Shown here piece after piece: positions 8,631-22,300 of a DNA stretch of 64,000 bases. The notes beneath the pieces were generated by a model. It worked only from the letters and a program-made list of their open reading frames with translations. It was not told the DNA's origin and ran no database searches. The stretch spans positions 3,209,394-3,273,393 of the forward strand of contig OZ250178.1 in the NCBI GenBank assembly GCA_965238055.1, read 5' to 3'. This DNA is from Candidatus Foliamicus sp. (GTDB lineage: Bacteria > Pseudomonadota > Gammaproteobacteria > Steroidobacterales > Foliamicaceae). Made by a program: the position numbers and the translations under genes. Position 1 is the first letter of the stretch, and every line of letters starts with the position of its first letter.

Positions 8631-8770
8631 CGGTATTGTCAGGGAAATAGCAGCGTAATTCGTCCTTTCGAGATCAAATTAGTCTGCGTCTCAGTCCATT
8701 CCAATGTGCAACCGGTCAAGTAGCGCTATCGCTCCTGTGCTTCCGCAGCCGAAGACGCGCTCACAACAAT

Positions 8771-8799
8771 GGGGCCGAGGACGGAATGTCCTCGGCCCC
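8771..8799 (-). terminator. Hairpin immediately downstream of the giant autotransporter gene
   Basis: GGGGCCGAGGAC-GGAAT-GTCCTCGGCCCC: a perfect 12-bp stem 8 nt from the stop codon. The T-tract on the minus strand is weak (ATTGTTGTG). Confidence 0.5.
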
Positions 8800-8806
8800 A
8801 TTCTGG

Positions 8807-10310
8807 TTACCAGCGCATTGCGGCTCTTAGCAGTATTCCATGTTCGGCGGGGGCGTCGTTCCGTGCAGTTTGACGGCGCATGGCTTCGATATTCAAGTTG
8901 CCTTTGGGACCTGCCGCCAGCCGCCAGCCCACTCGTAGCGTTCGGCTTCCGGCATCGCCCAGCGACAGCGCTGCGTAGGGCGTTTGCATACCCAGGCCCT
9001 TAGGCCCGTCGAGCGCATAGCCGATCTCGGCATTCAGGCCTTCCGATGGCGCAAAGTCACGGCCCGCCGTAAGGTTCTGCACATCGCGCTGCGACCACAG
9101 CCGTTGCGTGCCGCTTAACGGCGCGCCCCAGGTTGGCGTCAGCGTGAGCATCAGCCCGCGGCCGGAGGCGCCGGGGTTCAGGCGCAATGCCGCGCTCGCG
9201 CCCCATTCGCGGTACTCGGCGTCCTGATGCGCAATCAAACCGCGCGCCTTGACCTCCACAGTCAGCCCCAAGGTGGGATCAGTCAATCTCAGTCCGCCAC
9301 CGATCTCCACGCCGGTTCCGGTCTCGGCATCCCCGGCATCGTGCCTTAGCCCCAGTTCCATACTCGGCGTCAGCGTGCGGGTTCCGATCGATACGGTGCG
9401 CGAGCCCTCCAGGATCAAGCGCACACGGCGGGCTTCGCCCTCGGACGCCGCCAAGCGCCCGGCATCATTCTCGGAGGCCGCCGAGCCTGTCGAGGCCCAC
9501 AGTACATCGCTGCGTAGCGCCAACTCGAACCCGCCGGTAAGCGCCGCGGGTTTGAGCACCCCTCGGACGCCAGCCGCGGCCATCTGCATCGACGTGGGCG
9601 TGTTCCAGGTTGCCGTTTCGCCCCGGTGGAGCGTCAGGTCGCCGCGCCCGTAGCCGAGCACGCCCCAGGCCGAGACGCGCTCACTGACGGTAAAGCGCAC
9701 ATACGGATGCACGCTGGTCAGCGAGCTTTCAAGCTCGCCTCGCTCGGATAGGCCCGCGCTCGAGGAGTCATAGCTCCCATCGCCACTGCTGTGCGCCAGC
9801 GCTACGCCGGCAAGCCACTTCTCCCAGGCGGTATCCGCACCGAACATATACGTTGCGACCTCGCCGTCTAACGCAAGAGTCTCCTCGCGGCTATCAAAGC
9901 GCGTCGCCATCCCCCGGCCCCACAATGTCCAGCTTCGGGCGTCCTGGTCCGCATCCTTGCGGCCCAAGTGGATCAAGAACGAACTGCCCAGCAGTAGATC
10001 GCGCGACCTCAGGCCCCGTGAAGAGCCGATCGGCGCATCCTGCAACCCACCCGGCGAGGACCGCCCATACGGCGCGTGTCCAAAGCGGGGATCCGGATCC
10101 CAGGACTGACGCCCGTAATTCGGATACCCCAGGCGTTGCGTGGGCTCCTGGCCCGCCACGGTGCCGTCGCCAAACGGAATCCGAAGGCCGGCAAAGGTGG
10201 CGTGCGGAGGAGGACTCTCCGATTGCGTAAGCCGTTCTTCCACGCCCTCGGCCACATGGCTGGCCACCGTGCGCCCAAAGCGCACCAGCCAGGCTTGCGG
10301 CAGCGGGCCC
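8807..10310 (-). other. Autotransporter linker helix plus beta-barrel translocator domain of the giant protein
   Basis: LPQAWLVRFGRTVA linker motif, then alternating beta-strand pattern with a C-terminal aromatic residue (MRW). Confidence 0.8.
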
Positions 10311-13300
10311 GTGTTCTCGATCGTGCCCGTGGCCACGCCACCGACAATTCGCGCGCCGATGGGATTGGACAGCGTCAGCGTAAACGTCTCGGCGCCTTCG
10401 TTCACTTCATCACTGAACACCGGCACCGAGATCGTCTTTTCGGTCTCCCCGTCGGTGAACGTCAGCGTGTCCTGGACCTTCGTATAGTCCCCGTTGGGCT
10501 GTAATTCATTGCGCGCCAGCGCCGTCCCGTCCGCTGTTACATGGTCCACCGTAACGGTCCCCTGCGCCGATCCTGTCAATGTCACGGTAAAAACAACCGG
10601 AGCACCGGCCGATTCCGCAATGCTTGCGTCCGCCACCGACAGCGTCGGCAGCGTCGGCAAGACGGCCTCCGCCGCCAGCACCACAAGCGCATCCGTGGGC
10701 TTGTCCAGCCGATAACCTGCGTGCGTGCCGGGAATCGGCGGCAACTCGCCGATCTGCACGTCTACGGCAGCCGTTTCGCCCTCCCCGCGGGATACGGCCA
10801 GCGTAGCGCTTCGCACCTCGCCTTTGCCGATCGTAAGGGTCTCCGCACCTTCATCAATCGAACCTGCACTGTTGGCGGAGACCGGTAGAATCACGTCAAA
10901 TGGCGCACCCGCCGGCAGAACCGCCTTGAACTCATTCGCGTCCACCTTCTCAAGCGTCACCGAGAGCGACAGCGTCCCACCGCCTGATTGATTCAGCAAT
11001 AGGCTATTGAGGTTTGATAAACCGGCAAAAGTACCATCCGGCACGCCAGTGAGACTGTTCAGCCTCAGATTCAGCGTCATCAAGGCGGTCAGGTCCGCAA
11101 ACACCTCGTCGGGCAGATTGCTCAATCTGTTGTCCCGCAAGTTCAACGTCCTAAGCTTTGCCAGCCCAGCGAACACGTTCGCCGGAAGCCCGGTCAGGTG
11201 ATTGCCTCGCAAGTTGAGGTCGGTCAGCTTCGTCAGGCCAGAGAAAATCTCCGCCGGCAGCCGGGTCATGCCCATCTGCTTCAACTCAAGTACCAAAAGC
11301 GCGTCCAGACCGGCAAACAGATCGCCCGGCAGTTCCACCACGCCCGCCACAGCCGTCAATGTATTGTTGTTCAAGTTGAGATCCGTAAGACCCGTAAGAC
11401 CGGCAAAGTCACCCGGCTTAAACGCCTCGATACCCTGGTTCGCCAAATCCAGTTCCTCAACGCCGTCCAAGTCCGTCGCTCCGACATCGGCGCAATCGCT
11501 GATTCCAAGCTCGGTGCGAATCGCCGCATGCACCTCCGGCGTGCGGCCACAAATCCCTTCGACGATCCGCACCACCACCGTGCCGAGCGCCTCGCTCCCA
11601 CGGTTCACGGCGATGTGGATCTTCTCCTTGTCCTCGGTCACCGAATCCTTGATCGCCTTAAACGTCGCGGTCACCGACGCCGAACCGATCGGCAGTGTTA
11701 GTTCGTAGGACTGCGGCGTGGATGTCGGACTCGCGCCGTGGACCGTATAGTCGGTCCCCGCGGTTGCCGTTCCGCTTAGGGTCAAAGTGATCGTTTGCGC
11801 TTCCTTGAAGGTCACCACCCCGCCGGTGCTCACCGTCAGCGTGGCAACGCCCCCGACTTCTCCGATCCGGATCGGGTCCGCCTCCACCGCCCACGCCGGC
11901 ACATCGTCGTCTGCCACGTCAATCGTTGCGCTTTCCTTACCGGCCACCGCCTCATAACCCGAACCGGCCTGCAGCGTGGCAGCGACGCGCCCGGCAAGCT
12001 GCGGAAAGCCGGACAAAGCCTCGTCGATGTCGTCGTCGTCGGTATCCACCGCCAGCGCATGGACGGACTCATCCACGGCAAACGTCACCGCGATGGGCGC
12101 CGCCTCATCATCGGAGTCTGCCAGCACCATGCCTTCCTGTCTGACGTTAACGAAGACCGTCAACTCCGACTGCGCGGAACCTTCCCGCGTCAGCGTGAAC
12201 GCCGCGGCGGTCCCTTCTGTCACCGGACTCGCCACCGCGGCAATCGAAACCGCCGCCGTGGCTTGGCGGGTCACCACGACCGTATAGGTCTGGCTGGTCA
12301 CCTCATCTACGGCCGTCACCTTTACCGCAATCGTGTTGCCGCCGGCCGTCAGATCCACCTGATGCCCATCCACAGTGGTGTCGGCGTCAACGATCTCCAT
12401 GTCGTCGGCGTCGAAGTAGTTCACCGTGGCGGATGCGTGACTCGTCTGTGGCGTCACAGTGATCCGCGAAACACTCGCGCCCACCGAGGCCGCATACTCC
12501 GTGGTGCCCGAAACAAACACCGGATCCAGGACCCCGGCGCTGAGCGAAAGAGCACTCAAGCTCGCATCGGCGGAAACAAGAATCGTGCGCGGCAAGGTGG
12601 CGTCCCGGGTCAGCACATAGCCTTCATGGCCCGCCAGCAGAACGGGCAGCCGGTCGATATTCACCGTTACCGCATCCGTCTCGCCTTCCACCCGCGCCAC
12701 CCCAAGCGGGGTGCTCTCCAGCGCCCCGGCGTCAATCGTGATCATCGTGGCATCGCCTTCAATGGTTCCCGCACGGCTGACCGACACCTCCAGCTCCAGC
12801 GAATACGGCGCGCCCACCGGCGCCACCGCCTTGAACTCCCCCGGACCGTCCTTCACCAGCGTGACCTCCAGCGGCAACGGATTCGCGGTGTTACCCTGCA
12901 GCCGGAGCGTCGTCAGAACCGACTTCCCATCGAAAAACCCCGCCGGCAGCTCGGTCAATGCGTTGTTCGCAAGGAACAGCCGCGTCAACTGCGTCAGCCC
13001 GGCAAAATCGCTCGCGCGCAGGCTACTCAACTGGTTGGAAGTGAGAAACAGCCCTCGCAGTTCCCCCAGGCCGTCAAAAATACCCGCCGGCAACTCGGTC
13101 AACTGGTTGGAAGACAGCGATAGCTGCCGCAACGCCGTCAGACCCGAGAAATCGCCCGCGCTCAAACGGCTGAGATCATTGGACGTCAGATACAGCTCCT
13201 GCAATCCGCTCAACTCAGCAAAAACACGCGCCGGAAGAATAGTCAAGCCATTGTCTTGCAGCTTGAGCTTGGTCAGCGCACCCAGCCGATCAAAAATACC

Positions 13301-16300
13301 CCCCGGCAAGCTGCTTAACGCGTTGTCCGCCAAGGACAACTCGGTGAGCCGGGTCAGCTGATCAAACACCCCGGCCGTCAAACCCGCCAGCGCGTTGTCC
13401 GCCAAGTTGAGCTTGGTCAGTTCCGTGAGCCCATCGAAGATGCCCCCCGGCAGCGCCGTAAGCCCGCTGCCGTCCAAGAGCAACTCCTCAAGCCCACTCA
13501 AGCCCGCGAAATCGCCCGCCTGCAGTGTCGTCAAGTCCAGATCGTGCACCGCAAGTTCGGTGATGCCCGCCAGATGCGTTGCAGTCACGTTCGCGCAAAC
13601 TTGCACATCCGGCACCGCCGCCACGATCGCATCCCGAACCAGCTCGGTCCTGCCACAAACCCCCGCCGCGATCTCCTCAATCGTCACCGTTACCGGCATG
13701 CCGATTTGCGTGCCGTTGCGGCTGGCCGTAATGATCACCGTCTCATCCGGATCGGCCACCGTGTCCGCCAAGGCGACAAGCGCCGTCTCAACCGAAGAGT
13801 CACCGACCGCAAGCGTCACAGGGCTTGCCAGCGTGTAGTCGCTATCCAACGTCGCTGTGCCGCTGACCTCAAGATCGAAGGATTGAATGCCTGGGAACGT
13901 CACATCGCCCGCGCTGACCGTCAGCGTCACCTCGCCGCCGGCCTCCTCAATCGTGGCCGAACTCGCCGTCAGGCTCCATACCGGCACATCGTCGTTGCTA
14001 ATCGTGACTGCCGCCGCCGTCACATCCAGACCGGCCGCCGTACCGTCCACCAGGACAGTCTCGTCATCCTCCACGACCTTATCGTTCACCGGCATTAGCG
14101 TAATCTCCGCCTCGCCACTCATCTGCCTCGCCAAAACCGTCAGCGTTACCGAAGCCGGCTCAAAATCCGCGGCGCTCACCGTGCCATCATCGCTCAACGC
14201 CACCATAACCTGCGTATCCTGGATAGCCGCCTGATCCAGCGTCCCGGTCACCGTCAACAGCGTCGCACCTGAGTCCTCCGCAACGGTCGTGGGATTAACG
14301 GAAAGCGTCACCGATGTCGGTGGCGGCAGGTCATCATCCGCAATCGTCACTTCCATCCCGTCTTCGTCGCCTTCCACTTGCACGGAAAAATGGCCCCCGC
14401 TCCTGTCTACCAGCCGCGTAATGTCAAAATGAAAGGTCTCGTCCTCCTCGACCGCCGTGTCCTCCAGCGTGCGCAACTCAAAAATCCGTTTATACAGGTA
14501 ACTGCCGTCGGGCTCGGCCTTAAACTCGGCGCGCGGAGCCTCCTCAAATCCCGGCACTACCGGCGTGTAATCCACCAGCCGTTCCGCCGTCCCGTCCTGC
14601 GTGAACACCCGATAACCAACGGCTTCCACCGGCAGCAGCGATGCTACGATCTTAAGCGTCACTTCGCCTGTCTCCCCTTCGTCAACCGACAACGCCGCCG
14701 GATCGAAACTGACCGTCAGCGCCATCACATCGTCGTCAATCACGGTGACCTCAACCGACTCGGCGGTCACCGAGTCGTAGTCGCCGCCTGAGACCGCGTG
14801 TGTCAGCGTCGCCGCATCATCCACGTAATCGTCATCGTGACTCGCGGTGACCTTCACGGTCTGTGCGGTATACCAGTCATTGGCCGTAAACGTCAAACTC
14901 ACAGGCGAAACTTCTACCTCCGTGTCCTGGGCATCTTCTATCGTCACCGCCACCGTCACTACGGCCGACCCACCCGGCGCCGTCGCAACCGGCTGACTGT
15001 TAAGAACTACCTCATAGACGTCTCCCACCGTATCGCCCTCGTCCACCGAAAGCGAAACCGGCGTTACCATCACGCCACGCTCGTCGTTATCTTCAATCGT
15101 CACCGTAGACGACGCCGTGGCGCCCGGCATCGCGTTGACCGGATTGCTCAACCGCAGCGTGAAGGACTCGTTGTCCTCGTCCACGGAATCCTCCGTGATC
15201 GGCACCAAGACGGTCTGCTCCAACTGGCCCGACGTAAAGGTCAGCGTGCCCGATGTGGACGTGTAGTCCTCCCCCGCTTTCGCCGTACCGTCGGCCGTCG
15301 CATAATCGACCGTCTCTGTGCCGCCCGCCGCCGCGCTCAACCGCACCGTCACGACGACGGAGGAACCTGCCTCCGAAACCGTATGGGTCGCCGACGACAA
15401 CCCAACCGTTATCGACGGATCGTCCTCTTCAATCGTCAGCGTGACGTCTGCCGGGTTCCCCGCCAAGCCCTGCGTGTTGGAAACCGTGGCCGATACTGTC
15501 ACCGTCTTATCCGGCGCATATACGTCATTGTCCACCGCCGTAAGGGTCACCGTACCGGTGCTGGTTAGAGACCCCGCCACAATCGTCAGCGCAGCGCCGC
15601 TCTGCTCAAAGTCACCCGCAACCGCCGGCGAAACCGCCGTCCCCGACACCGTCAAAGTCGTATCCTGACTCGAGGCATGACTCAAACTCGCCGTGACCGT
15701 GCTTACACCGCCGTTCTCACTGACCGAAGCTGATGACAGCGCCAGCGTTACTGTTGGCGATGGCTCATCATCTTGTATCGTCAGCGAGACATCATCCGGA
15801 TTCCCCGCCAGACCCTCCGTGTTGGAAGCCGTGGCCGATACCGTCACTGTCTTGTCCGGCGCATCGACGCTGTTGTCATTCGCTGTGATGGTCACCGTAC
15901 CGGTGCTGGACGTGGCGCCCGCGGCAATCGTCAGCAGGGCGCCGCTTTGCGTAAAGTCACCCGCAACCGCCGGCAAAACCGGCGCTGCACTCACTCTCAC
16001 CTCCGTCGCCTCACTCGACGCATGATCCAAACTCGCCGTGACCGTGCTCACACCCCCGTTCTCATTGATCAAAGCCGGCGACACCCACAGCGTCACCTCG
16101 GGATCCGGATCGTTGTCAATCAACGCCACGCTCGCGGTGCTGTGGTCGCCGGCCGACACGCCGTCCGGCAATGTCCCCAGACTCAAATCCACACGCTCGC
16201 CATCGTCATCCACTTGGTCATCGATGGCCAGGACGCTGAAGGTCTGAACCGTTACTCCAGGGGCAAACATCACTTTCGCCGGAACGCCGGAGTAGTCCGC

Positions 16301-19300
16301 GCCCGGTTCTCCCTGGGCAGTGGCGCCTTTCTGGGGCGTTGCTTGTACCGTAATCGGTACATCACGCTGCGGATCGGAACTGAGCGTTACCTTTACGACC
16401 ACTGAAGCTTCACCTTCCTCCGCCTCAAAGTCCGCCGCATCAAATGACACCGTCACTTGCGGCAGCGGCGTGTTGTTCGTCACCGCCTCACCGGTAAAAT
16501 TGACCGCACGATTGCCGGCGACATCCTTAACCGGGTGGGAGCCCGCAGACGATGCGTCATACGAAACCGTTACCGTCTCACCGTATTCAACAGCCGGCGA
16601 CAACGTCAAGGTCACGGTCCTGCCGCTGATCGAAACGGCGCTGACCTCAGGGCTCGACCGGCTGGCCGTGACCGTGTAAGCGCCAGTCAGCGGGTTGGCC
16701 TCATCATCCGGCAAAGTCGAATTTAAATCCTCGTCATACCACATCCTCAGCGAAGATCCGGCCACCGAAGACTCCCAATACATCGGCGGGGTCGGGTCCA
16801 GCGGCGACTCATCCTCCACAATCCTCAGCGTCGTGTCCGTCACCGAAACATCGCCCGCGCTGCCGCTCACCGCAACTGTCCGGTCGCCCTCATACAGGTT
16901 GTCGTTCGCCGGCGTATAGCGAACGTCCACCGTGCCGCGGGCGTTCGAATCATTGGCCTCAATGGCCGCCGCTCCCGTAGCGCCACCGATCGAAACCGTC
17001 AGCGTTTCTGCAGAAGCCAGACAGCCGCTCATGCTCCAACCCACCGACACCGTCCGCTGACCGGCGTCTTCATCCAGCGAAGCCGGCGAAACCGAGGTCA
17101 AAGAAATCGCCGGCGCCGGATCGGTGTCCACAATCGTCAGATACGCGCCGGTCACGGGAATGTCACTGCCCGCATCGCCGCTGACCGGAAGTGTCCGGTC
17201 GCCGCTGTAACAAGCGCTGTCCACCGGCGTGAGCGACAAAGAAACTGTGCCACTCACACTCGTGAGATCGGGCGGGAGGTTCGCCGTTCCCGATGTACCG
17301 CCCACTGATACCGTCAGCGTCCGCTCCTCCTTCAGCGCCGTGCCGCTCATGCGCCAGCCCACCGACACCGCCGTCCGGCCAGCGTCCTCGTCCAGCGAAG
17401 ACGGCGATACCGAAGTCAGAGTCACCGTAGGCGGCGGCTCATCCTCCACAATCGTCAGCGTCGTGTCCGTCACCGAAACATCGCCCGCGCTGCCGCTCAC
17501 CGCAACTGTCCGGTCGCCCTCATACAGGTTGTCGTTCACCGGCGTATAGGCTACGTCCACCGTGCCGCTGGCGCTCGAATCATTGGCCTCAATGGCCGCC
17601 GCTCCCGTAGCGCCACCGATCGAAACCGTCAGCGTTTCTGCAGAAGCCAGACAGCCGCTCATGCTCCAACCCACCGATACGGTCCGCTGGCCGGCGTCCT
17701 CATCCAGCGAAGGCGGCGAAACCGAAGTCAAAGAAATCACCGGCGCCGGATCGGTGTCCACAATCGTCAGATACGTGCCGGTCACGGGAATGTCACTCCC
17801 CGCATCGCCGCTGACCGAAACCGTCCAGTTGCCGCTATAACAAGCGCGATCCACCGGCGTGTAGCTCACATCCACCGTGCCGTTCACACTGGCGCCCATA
17901 TGACGCGCCGGGAGCATCACGTCCTCGCTGGCGCTGCCCACTGATACCGTCAGCATCCGCTGCTCCTTCAGCGCCGTGCCGCTCATGCGCCAGCCCACCG
18001 ACACCGCCGTCCGGCCAGCGTCCTCGTCCAGCGAAGACGGCGATACCGAAGTCAGAGTCACCGTAGGCGGCGACTCATCCTCCACAATCGTCAGCGTCGT
18101 GCCCGTCACCGAAACATCGCCCGCGCTGCCGCTCACCGCAACTGTCCGGTCGCCCTCATACAGGTTGTCGTTCACCGGCGTATAGGCTACGTCCACCGTG
18201 CCGCTGGCGCTCGAATCATTGGCCTCAATGGCCGCCGCTCCCGTAGCGCCACCGATCGAAACCGTCAGCGTTTCTGCAGAAGCCAGACAGCCGCTCATGC
18301 TCCAACCCACCGATACGGTCCGCTGGCCGGCGTCCTCATCCAGCGAAGGCGGCGAAACCGAAGTCAAAGAAATCACCGGCGCCGGATCGGTGTCCACAAT
18401 CGTCAGATACGTGCCGGTCACGGGAATGTCACTCCCCGCATCGCCGCTGACCGAAACCGTCCAGTTGCCGCTATAACAAGCGCGATCCACCGGCGTGTAG
18501 CTCACATCCACCGTGCCGTTCACACTGGCGCCCATATGACGCGCCGGGAGCATCACGTCCTCGCTGGCGCTGCCCACTGATACCGTCAGCATCCGCTGCT
18601 CCTTCAGCGCCGTGCCGCTCATGCGCCAGCCCACCGACACCGCCGTCCGGCCAGCGTCCTCGTCCAGCGAAGACGGCGATACCGAAGTCAGAGTCACCGT
18701 AGGCGGCGGCTCATCCTCCACAATCGTCAGCGTCGTGCCCGTCACCGAAACATCGCCCGCGCTGCCGCTCACCGCAACTGTCCGGTCGCCCTCATACAGG
18801 TTGTCGTTCACCGGCGTATAGGCTACGTCCACCGTGCCGCTGGCGCTCGAATCATTGGCCTCAATGGCCGCCGTTCCCGTAGCGCCACCGATCGAAACCG
18901 TCAGCGTTTCTGCAGAAGCCAGACAGCCGCTCATGCTCCAACCCACCGATACGGTCCGCTGGCCGGCGTCCTCATCCAGCGAAGGCGGCGAAACCGAAGT
19001 CAAAGAAATCACCGGCGCCGGATCGGTGTCCACAATCGTCAGATACGTGCCGGTCACGGGAATGTCACTCCCCGCATCGCCGCTGACCGAAACCGTCCAG
19101 TTGCCGCTATAACAAGCGCGATCCACCGGCGTGTAGCTCACATCCACCGTGCCGTTCACACTGGCGCCCATATGACGCGCCGGGAGCATCACGTCCTCGC
19201 TGGCGCTGCCCACTGATACCGTCAGCATCCGCTGCTCCTTCAGCGCCGTGCCGCTCATGCGCCAGCCCACCGACACCGCCGTCCGGCCAGCGTCCTCGTC

Positions 19301-22300
19301 CAGCGAAGACGGCGATACCGAAGTCAGAGTCACCGTAGGCGGCGGCTCGTCCTCCACAATCGTCAGCGTCGTGCCCGTCACCGAAACATCGCCCGCGCTG
19401 CCGCTCACCGCAACTGTCCGGTCGCCCTCATACAGGTTGTCGTTCACCGGCGTATAGGCTACGTCCACCGTGCCGCTGGCGCTCGAATCATTGGCCTCAA
19501 TGGCCGCCGTTCCCGTAGCGCCACCGATCGAAACCGTCAGCGTTTCTGCAGAAGCCAGACAGCCGCTCATGCTCCAACCCACCGATACGGTCCGCTGGCC
19601 GGCGTCCTCATCCAGCGAAGGCGGCGAAACCGAGGTCAAAGAAATCACCGGCGCCGGATCGGTGTCCACAATCGTCAGATACGCGCCGGTCACGGGAATG
19701 TCACTGCCCGCATCGCCGCTGACCGAAACCGTCCAGTTGCCGCTATAACAAGCGCTGTCCACCGGCGTGTAGCTCACATCCACCGTGCCGTTCACACTGG
19801 CGCCCATATGACGCGCCGGGAGCATCACGTCCTCGCTGGCGCTGCCCACTGATACCGTCAGCATCCGCTGCTCCTTCAGCGCCGTGCCGCTCATGCGCCA
19901 GCCCACCGACACCGCCGTCCGGCCAGCGTCCTCGTCCAGCGAAGACGGCGATACCGAAGTCAGAGTCACCGTAGGCGGCGGCTCATCCTCCACAATCGTC
20001 AGCGTCGTGTCCGTCACCGAAACATCGCCCGCGCTGCCGCTCACCGCAACTGTCCGGTCGCCCTCATACAGGTTGTCGTTCACCGGCGTATAGGCTACGT
20101 CCACCGTGCCGCTGGCGCTCGAATCATTGGCCTCAATGGCCGCCGTTCCCGTAGCGCCACCGATCGAAACCGTCAGCGTTTCTGCAGAAGCCAGACAGCC
20201 GCTCATGCTCCAACCCACCGATACGGTCCGCTGGCCGGCGTCCTCATCCAGCGAAGGCGGCGAAACCGAGGTCAAAGAAATCACCGGCGCCGGATCGGTG
20301 TCCACAATCGTCAGATACGCGCCGGTCACGGGAATGTCACTGCCCGCATCGCCGCTGACCGAAACCGTCCAGTTGCCGCTATAACAAGCGCTGTCCACCG
20401 GCGTGTAGCTCACATCCACCGTGCCGTTCACACTGGCGCCCATATGACGCGCCGGGAGCATCACGTCCTCGCTGGCGCTGCCCACTGATACCGTCAGCAT
20501 CCGCTGCTCCTTCAGCGCCGTGCCGCTCATGCGCCAGCCCACCGACACCGCCGTCCGGCCAGCGTCCTCGTCCAGCGAAGACGGCGATACCGAAGTCAGA
20601 GTCACCGTAGGCGGCGGCTCATCCTCCACAATCGTCAGCGTCGTGTCCGTCACCGAAACATCGCCCGCGCTGCCGCTCACCGCAACTGTCCGGTCGCCCT
20701 CATACAGGTTGTCGTTCACCGGCGTATAGGCTACGTCCACCGTGCCGCTGGCGCTCGAATCATTGGCCTCAATGGCCGCCGCTCCCGTAGCGCCACCGAT
20801 CGAAACCGTCAGCGTTTCTGCAGAAGCCAGACAGCCGCTCATGCTCCAACCCACCGATACGGTCCGCTGGCCGGCGTCCTCATCCAGCGAAGGCGGCGAA
20901 ACCGAGGTCAAAGAAATCACCGGCGCCGGATCGGTGTCCACAATCGTCAGATACGCGCCGGTCACGGGAATGTCACTGCCCGCATCGCCGCTGACCGAAA
21001 CCGTCCAGTTGCCGCTATAACAAGCGCTGTCCACCGGCGTGTAGCTCACATCCACCGTGCCGTTCACACTGGCGCCCATATGACGCGCCGGGAGCATCAC
21101 GTCCTCGCTGGCGCTGCCCACTGATACCGTCAGCATCCGCTGCTCCTTCAGCGCCGTGCCGCTCATGCGCCAGCCCACCGACACCGCCGTCCGGCCAGCG
21201 TCCTCGTCCAGCGAAGACGGCGATACCGAAGTCAGAGTCACCGTAGGCGGCGGCTCATCCTCCACAATCGTCAGCGTCGTGTCCGTCACCGAAACATCGC
21301 CCGCGCTGCCGCTCACCGCAACTGTCCGGTCGCCCTCATACAGGTTGTCGTTCACCGGCGTATAGGCTACGTCCACCGTGCCGCTGGCGCTCGAATCATT
21401 GGCCTCAATGGCCGCCGCTCCCGTAGCGCCACCGATCGAAACCGTCAGCGTTTCTGCAGAAGCCAGACAGCCGCTCATGCTCCAACCCACCGACACCGTC
21501 CGCTGACCGGCGTCTTCATCCAGCGAAGCCGGCGAAACCGAGGTCAAAGAAATCGCCGGCGCCGGATCGGTGTCCACAATCGTCAGATACGCGCCGGTCA
21601 CGGGAATGTCACTGCCCGCATCGCCGCTGACCGAAACCGTCCGGTTGCCGCTGTAACAAGCGCTGTCCACCGGCGTGTAGCTCACATCCACCGTGCCGTT
21701 CACACTGGCGCCCGTATGACGCGCCGGGAGCATCACGTCCTCGCTGGCGCTGCCCACTGATACCGTCAGCGTCCGCTCCTCCTTCAGCGCCGTGCCGCTC
21801 ATGCGCCAGCCCACCGACACCGCCGTCCGGCCAGCGTCCTCGTCCAGCGAAGACGGCGATACCGAAGTCAGAGTCACCGTAGGCGGCGACTCATCCTCCA
21901 CAATCGTCAGCGTCGTGCCCGTCACCGAAACATCGCCCGCGCTGCCGCTCACCGCAACTGTCCGGTCGCCCTCATACAGGTTGTCGTTCACCGGCGTATA
22001 GGCTACGTCCACCGTGCCGCTGGCGCTCGAATCATTGGCCTCAATGGCCGCCGTTCCCGTAGCGCCACCGATCGAAACCGTCAGCGTTTCTGCAGAAGCC
22101 AGACAGCCGCTCATGCTCCAACCCACCGATACGGTCCGCTGGCCGGCGTCCTCATCCAGCGAAGGCGGCGAAACCGAAGTCAAAGAAATCACCGGCGCCG
22201 GATCGGTGTCCACAATCGTCAGATACGTGCCGGTCACGGGAATGTCACTCCCCGCATCGCCGCTGACCGAAACCGTCCAGTTGCCGCTATAACAAGCGCG

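Noticed and set aside
9249-16919. Large plus-strand ORFs opposite the giant gene (for example 11795-13123 at 442 aa, 12711-13361, 14798-15568, 15773-16405).
   Set aside because: Their Arg/Pro/His-rich, low-complexity composition is typical of antisense frames in GC-rich coding DNA. They lie fully inside the autotransporter CDS.
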